This document shows, piece after piece, positions 46,601 to 56,085 of a DNA stretch of 64,000 bases. The notes beneath the pieces are model-generated. The model made no database searches. It saw nothing but the letters and a program-made list of their open reading frames with translations, and had not been told where the DNA came from. Positions within the stretch are counted from its first letter, which is position 1, and the number at the start of each line of letters is the position of its first letter. The DNA lies in NCBI GenBank assembly GCA_026936335.1, contig JAPMXV010000072.1, positions 188,491 to 252,490 of the forward strand, given 5' to 3'. Both the position numbers and the translations under genes were made by a program. Source of the stretch: Mantamonas sphyraenae STR306 (Eukaryota; Protista; CRuMs).

Positions 46601-49013
46601 GTTTGTGGATGTACTGTTGAAGAAGGTGGTGGGGAGGTCGACGGCCATGGGATTCTGGGACAAGAGTCCACCGCCCTCTGGCTGGCACCGGGAAACACCG
46701 CCAGCAGTGGGACCTGCCTGGGACCAGTACATGGCACCATATGTCCAATCGCTCTACTTTTACGAGAATGCGACGGCGCAGGACCTTTCACACACGGTGC
46801 GAATGGAAGTTCAGGACGCGAGCACGTCTGGGCAGTGGGCAATGCTGGATCCGCTTCTCCCTCGCGTCCACTCTAGCCGGAACGACATGTCTTGGCGCTT
46901 CACGGATTGGTACCTGAAGACGACGCTGCCAGAGGTGAGTGTGGTGAGTTCGATGGCAGACGTGGAGCGGAAGATTTGGGAAGCACAAGAGGAATACGCA
47001 GCTGGAGCGGATACCTGGTCCCAGGATGTCGGGTACCTCGGAAGCATTCGCAAGATGAGGCATGCGTTTCCGGGAGTGGGACTTGAGGTGCACGAGTGTG
47101 GTGCGGACTGTTTGAACGTGACGATCAAGACGTACTACCAGTCATTGTACTCGGGCAACCGGACGTGGGAAAATGCACGTTGGCGACTGGGAGGTTTGCA
47201 GTTGGATCCTGTGCAGAAGATGCAACCGACACAGGCGCACCTTGTGGTGCAGCAGGCTGTGTCTTGTGCATTTGGGCGGCTGGTGACTGGTCATCGATGG
47301 CTGAACATAACCTCGTCACACAAGAGCATGCCGGGGGTCGGGTCCGAGTTTCGGCGGTCTGTGGACAAGGCAGTGCTGACGATTGCCAACCTGCTGGTGG
47401 GGCTTGGGTCGTTGAGTTTGGTGGCGACGCTTGTGGCGGGGCTGGTGAATGAGCACGAAGGCGGCCAGGTGTTGCTGATGCGCATGATGGGGATGGACAT
47501 GCGCGCGCACTGGGTCGCGACGATGGTGTCGATGGTTGTGCAGCAGATGGCAAATGGGTCTGCCATTCTTGTGCTCGGGGCGCTGTTGGACATGCGATCG
47601 ATGAGCAAAGGTGGCGAGGTTGCCGCTGTGCTGTTTGTGTGGGCGTACGTGCAAGCGTGCATGTGCATGTGGCTTGCGCTGTGGTTCAAGAGGCAGCAGA
47701 CGGCGATGCTGGTGACACTCGCGTTTGTGGTGCTGTCGCTTGCGCTGGGGTCTGTGATCAACGCCGCGTTCGAGTCGATGCCGCTCTGGTTGGGCATTGT
47801 GCCAACGCTTGGCTTTTTGCGTGCGCTGAACCTGGCAATGGGTGGATTGCCTGCGCGAGACGACGAGACGGTGGGCGCTGTGCTGGCGGTGCTTGTGGCT
47901 GTGGGAAGCGCACTGTTGGCGTGGGCCATGTTCCTGGAGCGAGAGCGCGTGAAGCGTGGGCCACGGTGGTGGCAGGCGTGGTGGGGATGGCGTTTGCGTG
48001 GCGAGACAGCGTACAGCGCGATGGAGATGGATGAGATGTGGGAGGGGAGCGGTGCAGTGGAGGCGCGCGGCTTGGGCAAGGTGTTTCCAGGCAGCCAGCG
48101 TGCTGCACTGGTGGATGTGGACTTGAGTGTGCGGGAGAGCGAGTGCCTGGGACTGCTGGGACCCAACGGAGCGGGCAAGAGCACGCTGATCAACATCCTG
48201 ACAGGCGCAATCGAAGCGAGTAGCGGAGTGGCCCGGGTGGGCGGGGCGGATGTGAAGAGCGAGACCGCACGGGTGCACCAACTGTTGGGCGTATGCCCTC
48301 AGTTTAACGTGTTGTGGGATAATTTGACCACAGAAGACCACTTGCTGTTGTTTGCACGGCTGAAGGGTGTCTCGAGCCGTTTTGAGAGCGCAGTGGCGCA
48401 GACGGTGTCCGCAGCGACGTTCCTGGATGGCGACCCGTACGGGCAGCGGAGCAAGGAGCTGAGCGGGGGAACGCAGCGGCGGCTGTGTCTAGCGATGGCA
48501 CTGGTGTCGGACCCGCCGGTGCTGTTTCTGGACGAACCGACCACCGGATGCGACCCGCTGAGCCGCAAGCTTGTGTGGCGCGTGATTGCCAAGGCCAGGG
48601 CGGGTAGGAGCATCGTGTTGACGACGCATTCGATGGAAGAGGCGGATGCCCTGTGCACAAAGATTGGCATTGTGGTGCGCGGACGGCTGCAGTGCGTAGG
48701 AACGCCCGTGCAGCTGAAGCGTGAATGGGGAGGCGGGCACGTGGTGTCGTTGCGGGCGCAGGATGTGGAGCAGGCGCGCGCGTATGTACGCGAGGCGCTG
48801 CCTGCGGCTGTGTTGCGCAGGGAGACGGCGGATGGTGTGTTGGAGTGGGTGATTCCCAGCGGGGAATGTGAAGCTTCCAAGCTGTTTGCGGTGTTTGGGG
48901 ACATGGGCGAGGGCGGCGGGGGCGGAGGCGGAGGCATGGGGTGGACGCTGGGACACAGCAACTTGGAGGATGTGTTTGCGCGGGTTGTGGAGGACGCGGG
49001 GGAGAGTGAATGA
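43632..49013 (+). CDS. Full-size ABCA-family transporter, intronless
   Basis: LLHKNQLL start motif; two TMDs; two NBDs (GQNGAGKTT/FSGGMKRR/LDEPTAG and GPNGAGKST/LSGGTQRR/LDEPTTG, TTHSMEEAD). Confidence 0.95.
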   Translation: MRSQLHALLHKNQLLLTRRRAFIVSLVLAPTIFLSMLVLLQHSLLLASTQPQPFARNPPSLSLRNSTSLRCVVINSLLRHDANAPCVALAFTPQTPFSDAVVAHIRSSYGLLKNETLSFDTPESMAMHIALRPGHVGLALTLNATVQDEISYEIWSNNTASFYAAQLGLDRVLETYSLDGQAMLLDLAVQEALIAQHTPVRLHTNIQAFPQLISNGIQQTQQLLSDYGALVLLAGCMILYVAIVNVVADEKARGMLGLMRSMNLHESVYWLSWFVALVPVALLTAVALVGAGHAMDVPLFTRSDPWVLLTLFALFLLSTIPFAFVATNMRTVRGANVCALSMVGVGVVLQVYVQAAPQLLSAGMLAINTFYDPVNATILMRIVTALLPQFHLIRVLEDIRLQVADKVVYSTALKKQTVIPGGRYVWADLWKERTQASCCTLSDGLRPSPYTYVVPPAEESLWLLVLDVCLYLILAWYLGMVVDSGDGTARPWYLWRRERRSDETPVAGDLRAANMVRSRQEGSIRVHKLSKSFKSVSAVREVTLEMARGEVFCLLGQNGAGKTTIIKMLTGMEKISHGYAHLLGLDVGRDVGRVRGLIGICPQGDVLWNELTAEEHLLIFARFRDVEATWGAERMREALEKTGLLEDAGVAVGNFSGGMKRRMCVAMAVVGDPAVVFLDEPTAGLDPLSRRQLWAYVQELKAERIVCLTTHYLEEAELLGDRVGILSQGRLCALGSPSLLKSVYGGGFHAKLLCEADRAAEVERLVKRFLPFAEILDQSAGSFSVSIPAGEAGQVRRLLLTLEEAGEASAVKEWDVSTTTLEEVFLRVARLEQTVNRNDGDRGNVCAVCGERPAGRVMLFTRSGSAVRTEGLVCTTCAEEEERDEEEQGDGVEEEDTRTEEEEEAAFLGRDSEAFSTDHLFAKQVRALCIKNAQVKRRGNRWVLGCQLLLPVLVVVVSVLIQRDLYRTASFTGANCDFGSEYRTSCTPDAFVDVLLKKVVGRSTAMGFWDKSPPPSGWHRETPPAVGPAWDQYMAPYVQSLYFYENATAQDLSHTVRMEVQDASTSGQWAMLDPLLPRVHSSRNDMSWRFTDWYLKTTLPEVSVVSSMADVERKIWEAQEEYAAGADTWSQDVGYLGSIRKMRHAFPGVGLEVHECGADCLNVTIKTYYQSLYSGNRTWENARWRLGGLQLDPVQKMQPTQAHLVVQQAVSCAFGRLVTGHRWLNITSSHKSMPGVGSEFRRSVDKAVLTIANLLVGLGSLSLVATLVAGLVNEHEGGQVLLMRMMGMDMRAHWVATMVSMVVQQMANGSAILVLGALLDMRSMSKGGEVAAVLFVWAYVQACMCMWLALWFKRQQTAMLVTLAFVVLSLALGSVINAAFESMPLWLGIVPTLGFLRALNLAMGGLPARDDETVGAVLAVLVAVGSALLAWAMFLERERVKRGPRWWQAWWGWRLRGETAYSAMEMDEMWEGSGAVEARGLGKVFPGSQRAALVDVDLSVRESECLGLLGPNGAGKSTLINILTGAIEASSGVARVGGADVKSETARVHQLLGVCPQFNVLWDNLTTEDHLLLFARLKGVSSRFESAVAQTVSAATFLDGDPYGQRSKELSGGTQRRLCLAMALVSDPPVLFLDEPTTGCDPLSRKLVWRVIAKARAGRSIVLTTHSMEEADALCTKIGIVVRGRLQCVGTPVQLKREWGGGHVVSLRAQDVEQARAYVREALPAAVLRRETADGVLEWVIPSGECEASKLFAVFGDMGEGGGGGGGGMGWTLGHSNLEDVFARVVEDAGESE

Positions 49014-49194
49014 AGCGATCGGTGGTGGGTGCGTGAGTGCATCCAGGGTTTTGGGGATACACACAGTACAGAACATTTACAGGGTAGGGAAGGGTGGGGG
49101 TGGGGTGGGCTTCGAGACCTTGCGTGTGTGTGGGTGAGGGGAGGGAGGGGGGAAGTTGGGATGAGTGTCGCGCAGAGTTGCTGACTCACGGCAA

Positions 49195-51221
49195 ATGGCA
49201 GCCGTGGATATGCGCCTAGACAAGTACGAATGGGCGAGAGTGTTGCAGAGTGGGGACCACGGGCGCATTGTGGATGCTTTGGAGGCTCAAGGAAGGGTGA
49301 GTTGGCGTGGGAGGGAATGGGTGAGGTTGCAAGGAGAGGGAGGGGGAGGAGGGATGGTGCAGGGTGGGGAGGACATGCGTTGACACGGTACACACAGGAG
49401 TTGGACCTCGTTTGTTTGGAGCTGGGAGGCAAGGAAGCGGTAGCTCTGGCCAAGGCGCTGGCTGGGAACGCCAGCTTGCAGAAACTGGACCTCAACCACA
49501 ACAGCATCGGGGCAGAAGGAGCTGTAGCACTGGCCAGAGTGCTGGCAGAGAACACAAGCTTGCACAGACTGTCCCTCGATGACAACGGCATCGGTGCAGA
49601 AGGAGCAGCAGCACTTGTGCAGGGACTGGGTGGGAACCGCAGCTTGCAGACACTGAACCTCGGCTTGAACGACCTTGGTGCAGAAGGAGCAGCAGCACTG
49701 GCGCAGGGACTGGGTGGGAACCGCAGCTTGCAGGTACTGGGCGTTCAGAACAACAACATCGGGGCAGAAGGCGCAGCTGCGCTGGCGCAGGCTCTGAGTA
49801 TGAATTCCAGCTTGCAGAAACTGAACCTCGGAGGCAACAGCATCGGGGAGGAAGGAGTAGCAGCAGTGGCGCTGGGATTGAGTGAGAACAGCAGCTTGCA
49901 GACAGTGGATCTCGGCTTGAACAGCGTCGGTGAAGAGGGTGCAGCAGCACTGGCGCAGGTTCTGAGAGAGAACAGCACCTTGCGGGAGCTGAATCTCGGC
50001 TTGAACAGCGTCGGTGAAGAAGGTGCAGAAGCAATTGCGCAGGGACTGAGCAGGAACTGCAGCTTGCAGACGCTGGGTCTCCAGAACAACAACATTGGGA
50101 CACAAGGAGCAGCAGCGTTGGGGAGGGCGTTGTGCGAGAACTGTGGCTTGCAGACACTGAAGCTCGGTGGCAACAGGATCGATGCAAAAGGAGCAACCGC
50201 ACTGGCGCGGGGACTGATTGAGAACAGCAGCTTGCAGACGCTGATCCTCTGCGCCAACAGAATCGCGGAGAAAGGAGCAGCAGCACTGGCGCAGGGGCTG
50301 GGAGAAAACAATAGGTTGCAGACGCTGGACCTCAGCCGCAACAATGTCGGGAACAAGGGAGCGGCAAAACTGGCCATGGGCCTGTACAAGAACAGTAGCT
50401 TGCAGAAACTGGACCTTGTTGGCAACAGCATCGGAGCAGAAGGAGCAGCAGCGCTGGCGCAGGCTCTGGGAGAGAACAAGAGTTTGCAGGCACTTTATCT
50501 CGCCTACAACAGAATCGGGGATGAGGGAACAGTAGAACTGGCGCAGGCACTGGATGAGGCAAGCAGCTTGCAGACATTGGACCTCTGCAAGAACTCCGTC
50601 GGGGCGGAAGGAGCAGCGGCACTGGCAAAGGCACTGAGGACGAGCAGCAACCTGCAGACACTGAACATAAGCTCCAACAGCATCAGGGCAGATGGTTTGG
50701 CAGCATTGGTGCAGGCCATGGGAAGCAATCGTTCGTGCTGGAAGGTTGAGGGCGTTTACAGTGACTTGGTGCAGTTGCTGGTGGAGAAAAACATGGAGAA
50801 GCATGTGGAGTTTGTGGAGTGTGGGGATGTGGAGAAGATGAGAGAGTTGAGGGAGTGGGGGGTGCCTGTGGATACGTTTGCAGGGGATGGAGGGGAGGAG
50901 ACTGCGTTGGAGCGAGCCGTGCAGCGAAGGGATGAGGGGATTGTGGAGGTGTTGCGGGGGTGGGGTGTGAAGCAGAGGGTTGAAACGGTGGAGATGGTGA
51001 GGGAGGAAGGGTGGAGGAAGGCGTGGCATTGGATTGGGTGGGGTGGACAGGTGGATGAGGCGATGGAGGTGGCGTTGGTGATGAATGGGGAGGAGAGGGA
51101 GGTGATGTTTGAGTGTGGAGGGATGGAGGCGTATGTGGAGGAGGGAGGGTGGGAAGGGTGGGTGACACTGCCGGATGAGGTGATGGAGAGGGTGGTGGAG
51201 TGGGTGGGGAGGGGAGGGTGA
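49195..51221 (+). CDS. LRR-ANK-F-box-like protein (15 LRR); exons 49195-49296 and 49398-51221
   Basis: Homologous exon 1 (EWARVLQSGDHGRI), same intron position, LRR modules, tail WVTLPDEVMERVV. Confidence 0.88.
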
Positions 51222-51238
51222 CAGAATGAAGGTGTGGT

Positions 51239-52596
51239 TCATTCGAGGCGTTGGCGTTTGGAGGAGGAGGAGGAGGAGGAGGAGGAGGAAGGGTCTTTGC
51301 GCTTGGGAAGGGTGAAGGAGGGGATGGGGTAGGCGTTGACGAGTGCGTAGGTAGTGGGGCGGGTGTTGATGTGGGGTGTGATGCGGTCGATGAGGGTGTG
51401 GAGGAGGGTGTGCAGTGTGGCGTCGCTGGGTTGGGGTTTGTCGAGCCAGGCGATCTTGAGGGAGAGGGAGGTGACGCCGCGGGTGAGGGTGGAGCTGATG
51501 GCACCAACCACCTGCTGGTAGGTGAGCTGTGGCCTGAGGAGGCGGACAAAGAAGGCCAGGTCGACAGGCGGCATGCCAACGTTGCCCAGCGCCAGGATGA
51601 TGTGTCGCACAAGGGACAGCTTGCTGCCGTTGTTGATCAGTTCAAGCAGTGTCTGGTGCTCGTGTGTGTGCTGATGGCGAGGGTGCTTGGCTGCGCGTGC
51701 CTTCATGTGTGCCAGCAGCGTCTGGAACTCCCGCGCCGTGCAGCTGCCTCGCTCGTCGCCGGCTTTGCTCCAGCCACTGCGCACAGACTCGGGATGCCAC
51801 TTGTCCACCTCGGTGGTGGTGAGGTGGTGGTCGTAGTCGCATTTGGTCCAGTGTGGATCGCTGTTGTTGCCAGCAGGGCGTCGTGCTTCCTGCAGCCACA
51901 GTTGGGTCTGCTTGTGCTCCTTCCAGGTGGTGGGATGGGCCCTGTCGCCAAGAGTGTCCATTTCTGTCATGAGCAGGTGGAGGAGGGCGTAGTTGGGGTC
52001 GCCGTGGTCGTGTGGCTCCTCCAGCCAGCACACCTTCAACCCAGCCTTTGTCACACCCATGGCCAGACCAGCGTTCTTGATGATGGCAAGGCTGCACGCC
52101 TGTTGATCCACATCATGGCCGAGAAGGGTGAGGCACATGGCCATGTCGCCTTGGGAGAGGGGAAGGTTGCCCACAGCGAGCAGGATCTGTCGGATCAGCG
52201 TGGTCAGGGTGCCATGGCAGACCACAACCCGCGCCTGCAGCGTCATGAGGTCTGGGATGTTGTCGATGGGATGCTCGTTGGCCAGGGTGTGCATGTGCTT
52301 CAGCAGTGCCGTGTGCTCCTTCTTGTTGCTGTGCATGCGCTCGCTCTTGCGCCAGGACTTCCAGCCACTGCGCACAACGCCGTCTGGCAGTCCATCCCCC
52401 GCCGCCATCTTCTCCTCCTCTGTTGGCTCGGGCAGAGCAAGCTCGGCGATGTCAAGGGCATTGACGGCGTCGACGGTGGTGGGGCGGGTGGTGATGTGGG
52501 GTGTGATGCGGTCGATGAGGGTGTTAAGGAGGGTGTGCAGTGTGGCGTCGCTGGGTTGGGGGTTGTCGAGCCAGGCGATCTTGAGGGAGAGGGAGG
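51239..52596 (-). pseudogene. 5'-truncated copy of the subtelomeric tandem-domain (putative winged-helix) gene, about 1.2 units, frame still open
   Basis: Near-identical to the 3' parts of the genes at 56086 and 59980. Homology stops abruptly at about 52596 and the family start exon is absent. Confidence 0.75.
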
Positions 52597-52662
52597 GTGC
52601 GATTGAACTTGACAAGTACGTCTGTCATGGTGTGGAGGGAAGCAGAGAACAAACCATGGTGT

Positions 52663-55318
52663 TCAAGACAACAATTGTGCATTTTCATCCAGCTCTCGCA
52701 CCTCTGCCTCCACAAATGGCAAGGCCATGAACCCCTGCATCAGCTCGCCGTAGTACCCACGATGGTTTTTTCCATGCACCACAAACACGTTCTTGTCCGC
52801 TGTCCACCAACCACCGAGCTTGCCCAGCAGTTGATCCTTCAAGTCACCTGTGGGCGCCTTGACGCTGCTCAACCCAAACACCACATGCACCTTGCCTCCA
52901 GGACCAGCCAGGGGTTGAAACACCTCCTCGATCAGCTTCTCTGTGTCTCCTTTGCCCGATTTCCAGCCAGTGTTCCTCGTGGCAGATGAAGAGTGGTTGG
53001 TGCCCATCACCTTGTCGTACTCCTCCTTGATCATCCCAAGGTCCACCTTGTCGTTCGCGTGCTCTCCATACTTGCTGAACTTGCACTGAATGCACTCCAC
53101 CACGACGCCATCCTCGGTGGGATGCACTGAAATCACATCCGCGAAGGGTGCCTTCTCTGCGTTGAGAAAGTGGATGCTGTGGTGCAGTCCATCCGTGTCC
53201 TGCTCTGCATGCTTCTGCACGATGCCAGCCACTTCATCCACATGGGTGGGGAAGCGCTGTTTCAGATCCACCAGCTGTGAGCCAGTCACACGCGTGCTGT
53301 ACTTGATGTTGCGAAGTGGAGGACTGCAAATCGCTCCACGATGCCATTGTGAGCCACGCATCGTGCTGTGCGATGGTGGGCACTCCACCAGCGCCTGTGC
53401 CCGCAGGCGGTGGTAGTTCTGTGCGAATTGCTCGTACTTTTCCCAGTGATTCACTGGATCTAGGCGATCCATCCAGCGAAGCAGGATGCTGTCATCACCC
53501 ATTTCTTCCTCCAAACGCAGAGGAATGGGCACAACTTGTCCACCATGCACAATCACCAGTCCACAGTCCATGTGCTCCTGCACTGTCGAGTCCCCAATCA
53601 CATCCGTCAGCTGCACAGGCTCCTTGAACAGGTTCATGCGGATCAGCTCCTTGGCCACCTCGCCAGGAAACACCTTGGAGTTGATGTGATTCTTCACCCG
53701 CTCCAATGTCGCATTTAGATCCTTGGCGATGAGACCCACCTCCCAGTGCTTCTTGGCGTCGTACTCTTTGGCAATAATCTCCACAGCACGTGGGACACCA
53801 AACACACGGCGCAGGGTGTTGACCAGCACACTGTCATGGCCTTGTTCTTGAGCCTTTTCCAGTGGAATGTTCACAAAGCCAAGCACGGCATGCAGGGATT
53901 CAGCCAGACTGAGTGTGGGCACAGCCAGTGAGTAGGCCCTGTACGTGGATGTGCGCTGCAGTGCACCAAGCAGATACAGGTCTCGAGTGCCAGCCACAGC
54001 AACCACAGCTCGGCACCGGTGTTCTTGGCCATTGTGGGTGCCACGCAGATTGTTTGTGGATGGCATGATGCCAGCAACAGAGCGAATCACCTGCTCCAAT
54101 GTCTCGCGTTCGGATGCGTTGTTGTCCACAATCTTTTGCACTTCGTCAAAGCCCACATAGAGAAGGACAGGCCTGCCGTTGTTGTGTTTCTGCGCGTGTT
54201 GGATGATCAGCCTGGCGGCATCCACGGGTTCTGGCAGACTGATCAGTGACCTTTCCAAGGTTTTGACGTGGTCTGGATGCAGCCGCCCATCGTTTCCGTT
54301 GTCAACCGCGTACTGGTGCAACATGCGCACACCAAGGCCTCGGTCACTCCAGGTGCGTTCAATCTCTGGAGAGTTCCTGTTGTTGAGCGTGAGGAGCACG
54401 GGGACGACATGAAGGTGTGCCAAGTCACGCCTCCTTGCCACGTCCTCCAACGTGTTGACCAGTTCCATGAGCATGCGAGTCTTGCCTGACCCTGGCATGC
54501 CTGCTAACGAGTACAGCCACGTGTCGGCCCGGTTTTGAACCTTGCGGAGAAGCTGAGACTGAACCTCCTGGCTGAAGCTGTCCAGTGCATCCTGCCGATT
54601 CTGAAGTGGGATCTGCATGGCCAGTTCCGTGGACTCCACGTCTCCCAATGGCGTGTTCTTCTTGCTGAGATCGAAAAAGGGTTCCTTGCCCAACAATTCG
54701 GCAAATTGCTCCACGGACGTCAACTCCACCCGCTCCACTGCGTGTTTGTCAATGCACAGAGTGTCAGCGACGTCATGGACGGCCAATACAAACGCTGGAA
54801 CCTACCATGAGGTGAAACAAGTGCAGCGGCCTCCCACAAGCCTGTGGGGAGTGGGGCAGGTGTCAGCAAAATGGCGCGGCGCGAAGAATTGTGGGTGTCA
54901 GGAACTCACGCTCATGGTGCGCCTGGGCCTTGTGCTGTTCCGTTCTCGCGTCATCCACCCGACGTTGGTACACCGCAACAGCATCCTCATCCCCCTTTCT
55001 CTTTGCATCTAGCAGCAACGCCTCTGCGTTTGCGGCTTCCGCCTTTGCCACTTCCGCCTCTGCCTTTGCCACTTCCACCTCTGCCTTTGCCACTTCCTTC
55101 TCTACCTTTGCCACTTCCTTCTCCTTCTCATCCACAAGACTCTGCAAGGCCTCCTTCTCTCCTTGTGCGCTCAGTCGCAGCTGTTGGCGAGCTTGGCCAA
55201 GTTCTGCGGACAACGACTCTACACGGTCGCGCAACCTCTCCAGGCGCTCCTCACGCTTGTTCAGCTTGCTTCTGGCCTCCAAAAACAACTGCTCAGCACT
55301 GATGGTGACGGTGGACAT
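52663..55318 (-). CDS. Crinkler/RHS-type protein: coiled-coil header + P-loop NTPase + PD-(D/E)XK restriction-endonuclease-like domain; exons 55318-54910, 54841-54806, 54737-52663 (about 839 aa)
   Basis: Two phase-1 GT-AG introns with GCTGAC give a continuous frame. EVAKAEA heptads, Walker A GMPGSGKT, Walker B LYVGFDEVQ, VAGT, GVPRAVE, WEKYEQF, NAEKAPFAD...CIQCK. Confidence 0.8.
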
Positions 55319-56085
55319 GCTGCAGCGCTGCACGACAGCGGCTGTGCCGTTGAGCCATGGTGATGATGAGGACGACGTGTTCCTGCCCTGCCACGACCGG
55401 GTCGCATGCAAACTGGCACCCATAACCACGTCGTGTCGAGGACGCATCGTGCTATGATGAGCAGTGACGTGCCCCAGCGTGGTTCGCACTCGTGGAGTGC
55501 CTGTGCGAAGGGTTCGGCACAGCAAGGAGCCTCCTCGATTGGACACCCTGCGTGCGAACATTTGGCTTGGATGGGGCAGCATGCTTCGCCCATCCACATA
55601 ATTCAACCGTGCGTGACGTGTGGGAGACCATGGGTTCTGCGTAATGCATTGCTTGTCCCATGCACCAGGGACGACTTTCTGTGCGCCCTGTGGCACAACA
55701 AGGCACACAGTCCAGAATGGGGGCATTCGTCAGGTGATGAGCGTGATAGGGACGTCAGCGTGTCTTTTGCAAGGTGCCAGTGCATGGTCAAATGCGTCGG
55801 ATGGCCAGGACGAGGACGAGGAGTGCAGGATGGACACACACACCAACAACAACGTTGCGACGGTGATGAGCAACAGCGCAAACAACACCAACACCAGCAG
55901 CACCACCAACTTGACGGCGATGTCGATGCTGAGCAGGGGACAATCCAAGATGAACACCTCAGTGTCTGTGGGGTCGGCAAAAGGGCTTCGGAGCGGCGGA
56001 GCGAGGCCCTGTGCCAAGAAGGGGAACGGAATGTGATGTGTGAAGGGCAGCAAATGATGGAGTGGACCGGAAGGAAGAAGGGGGT

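Noticed and set aside
38192-50720. CRISPR-like or DGR-like repeat array
   Set aside because: The 84-nt periodicity is in-frame LRR coding sequence. There are no spacers, cas genes or reverse transcriptase, and no adenine-specific template/variable pair was seen.
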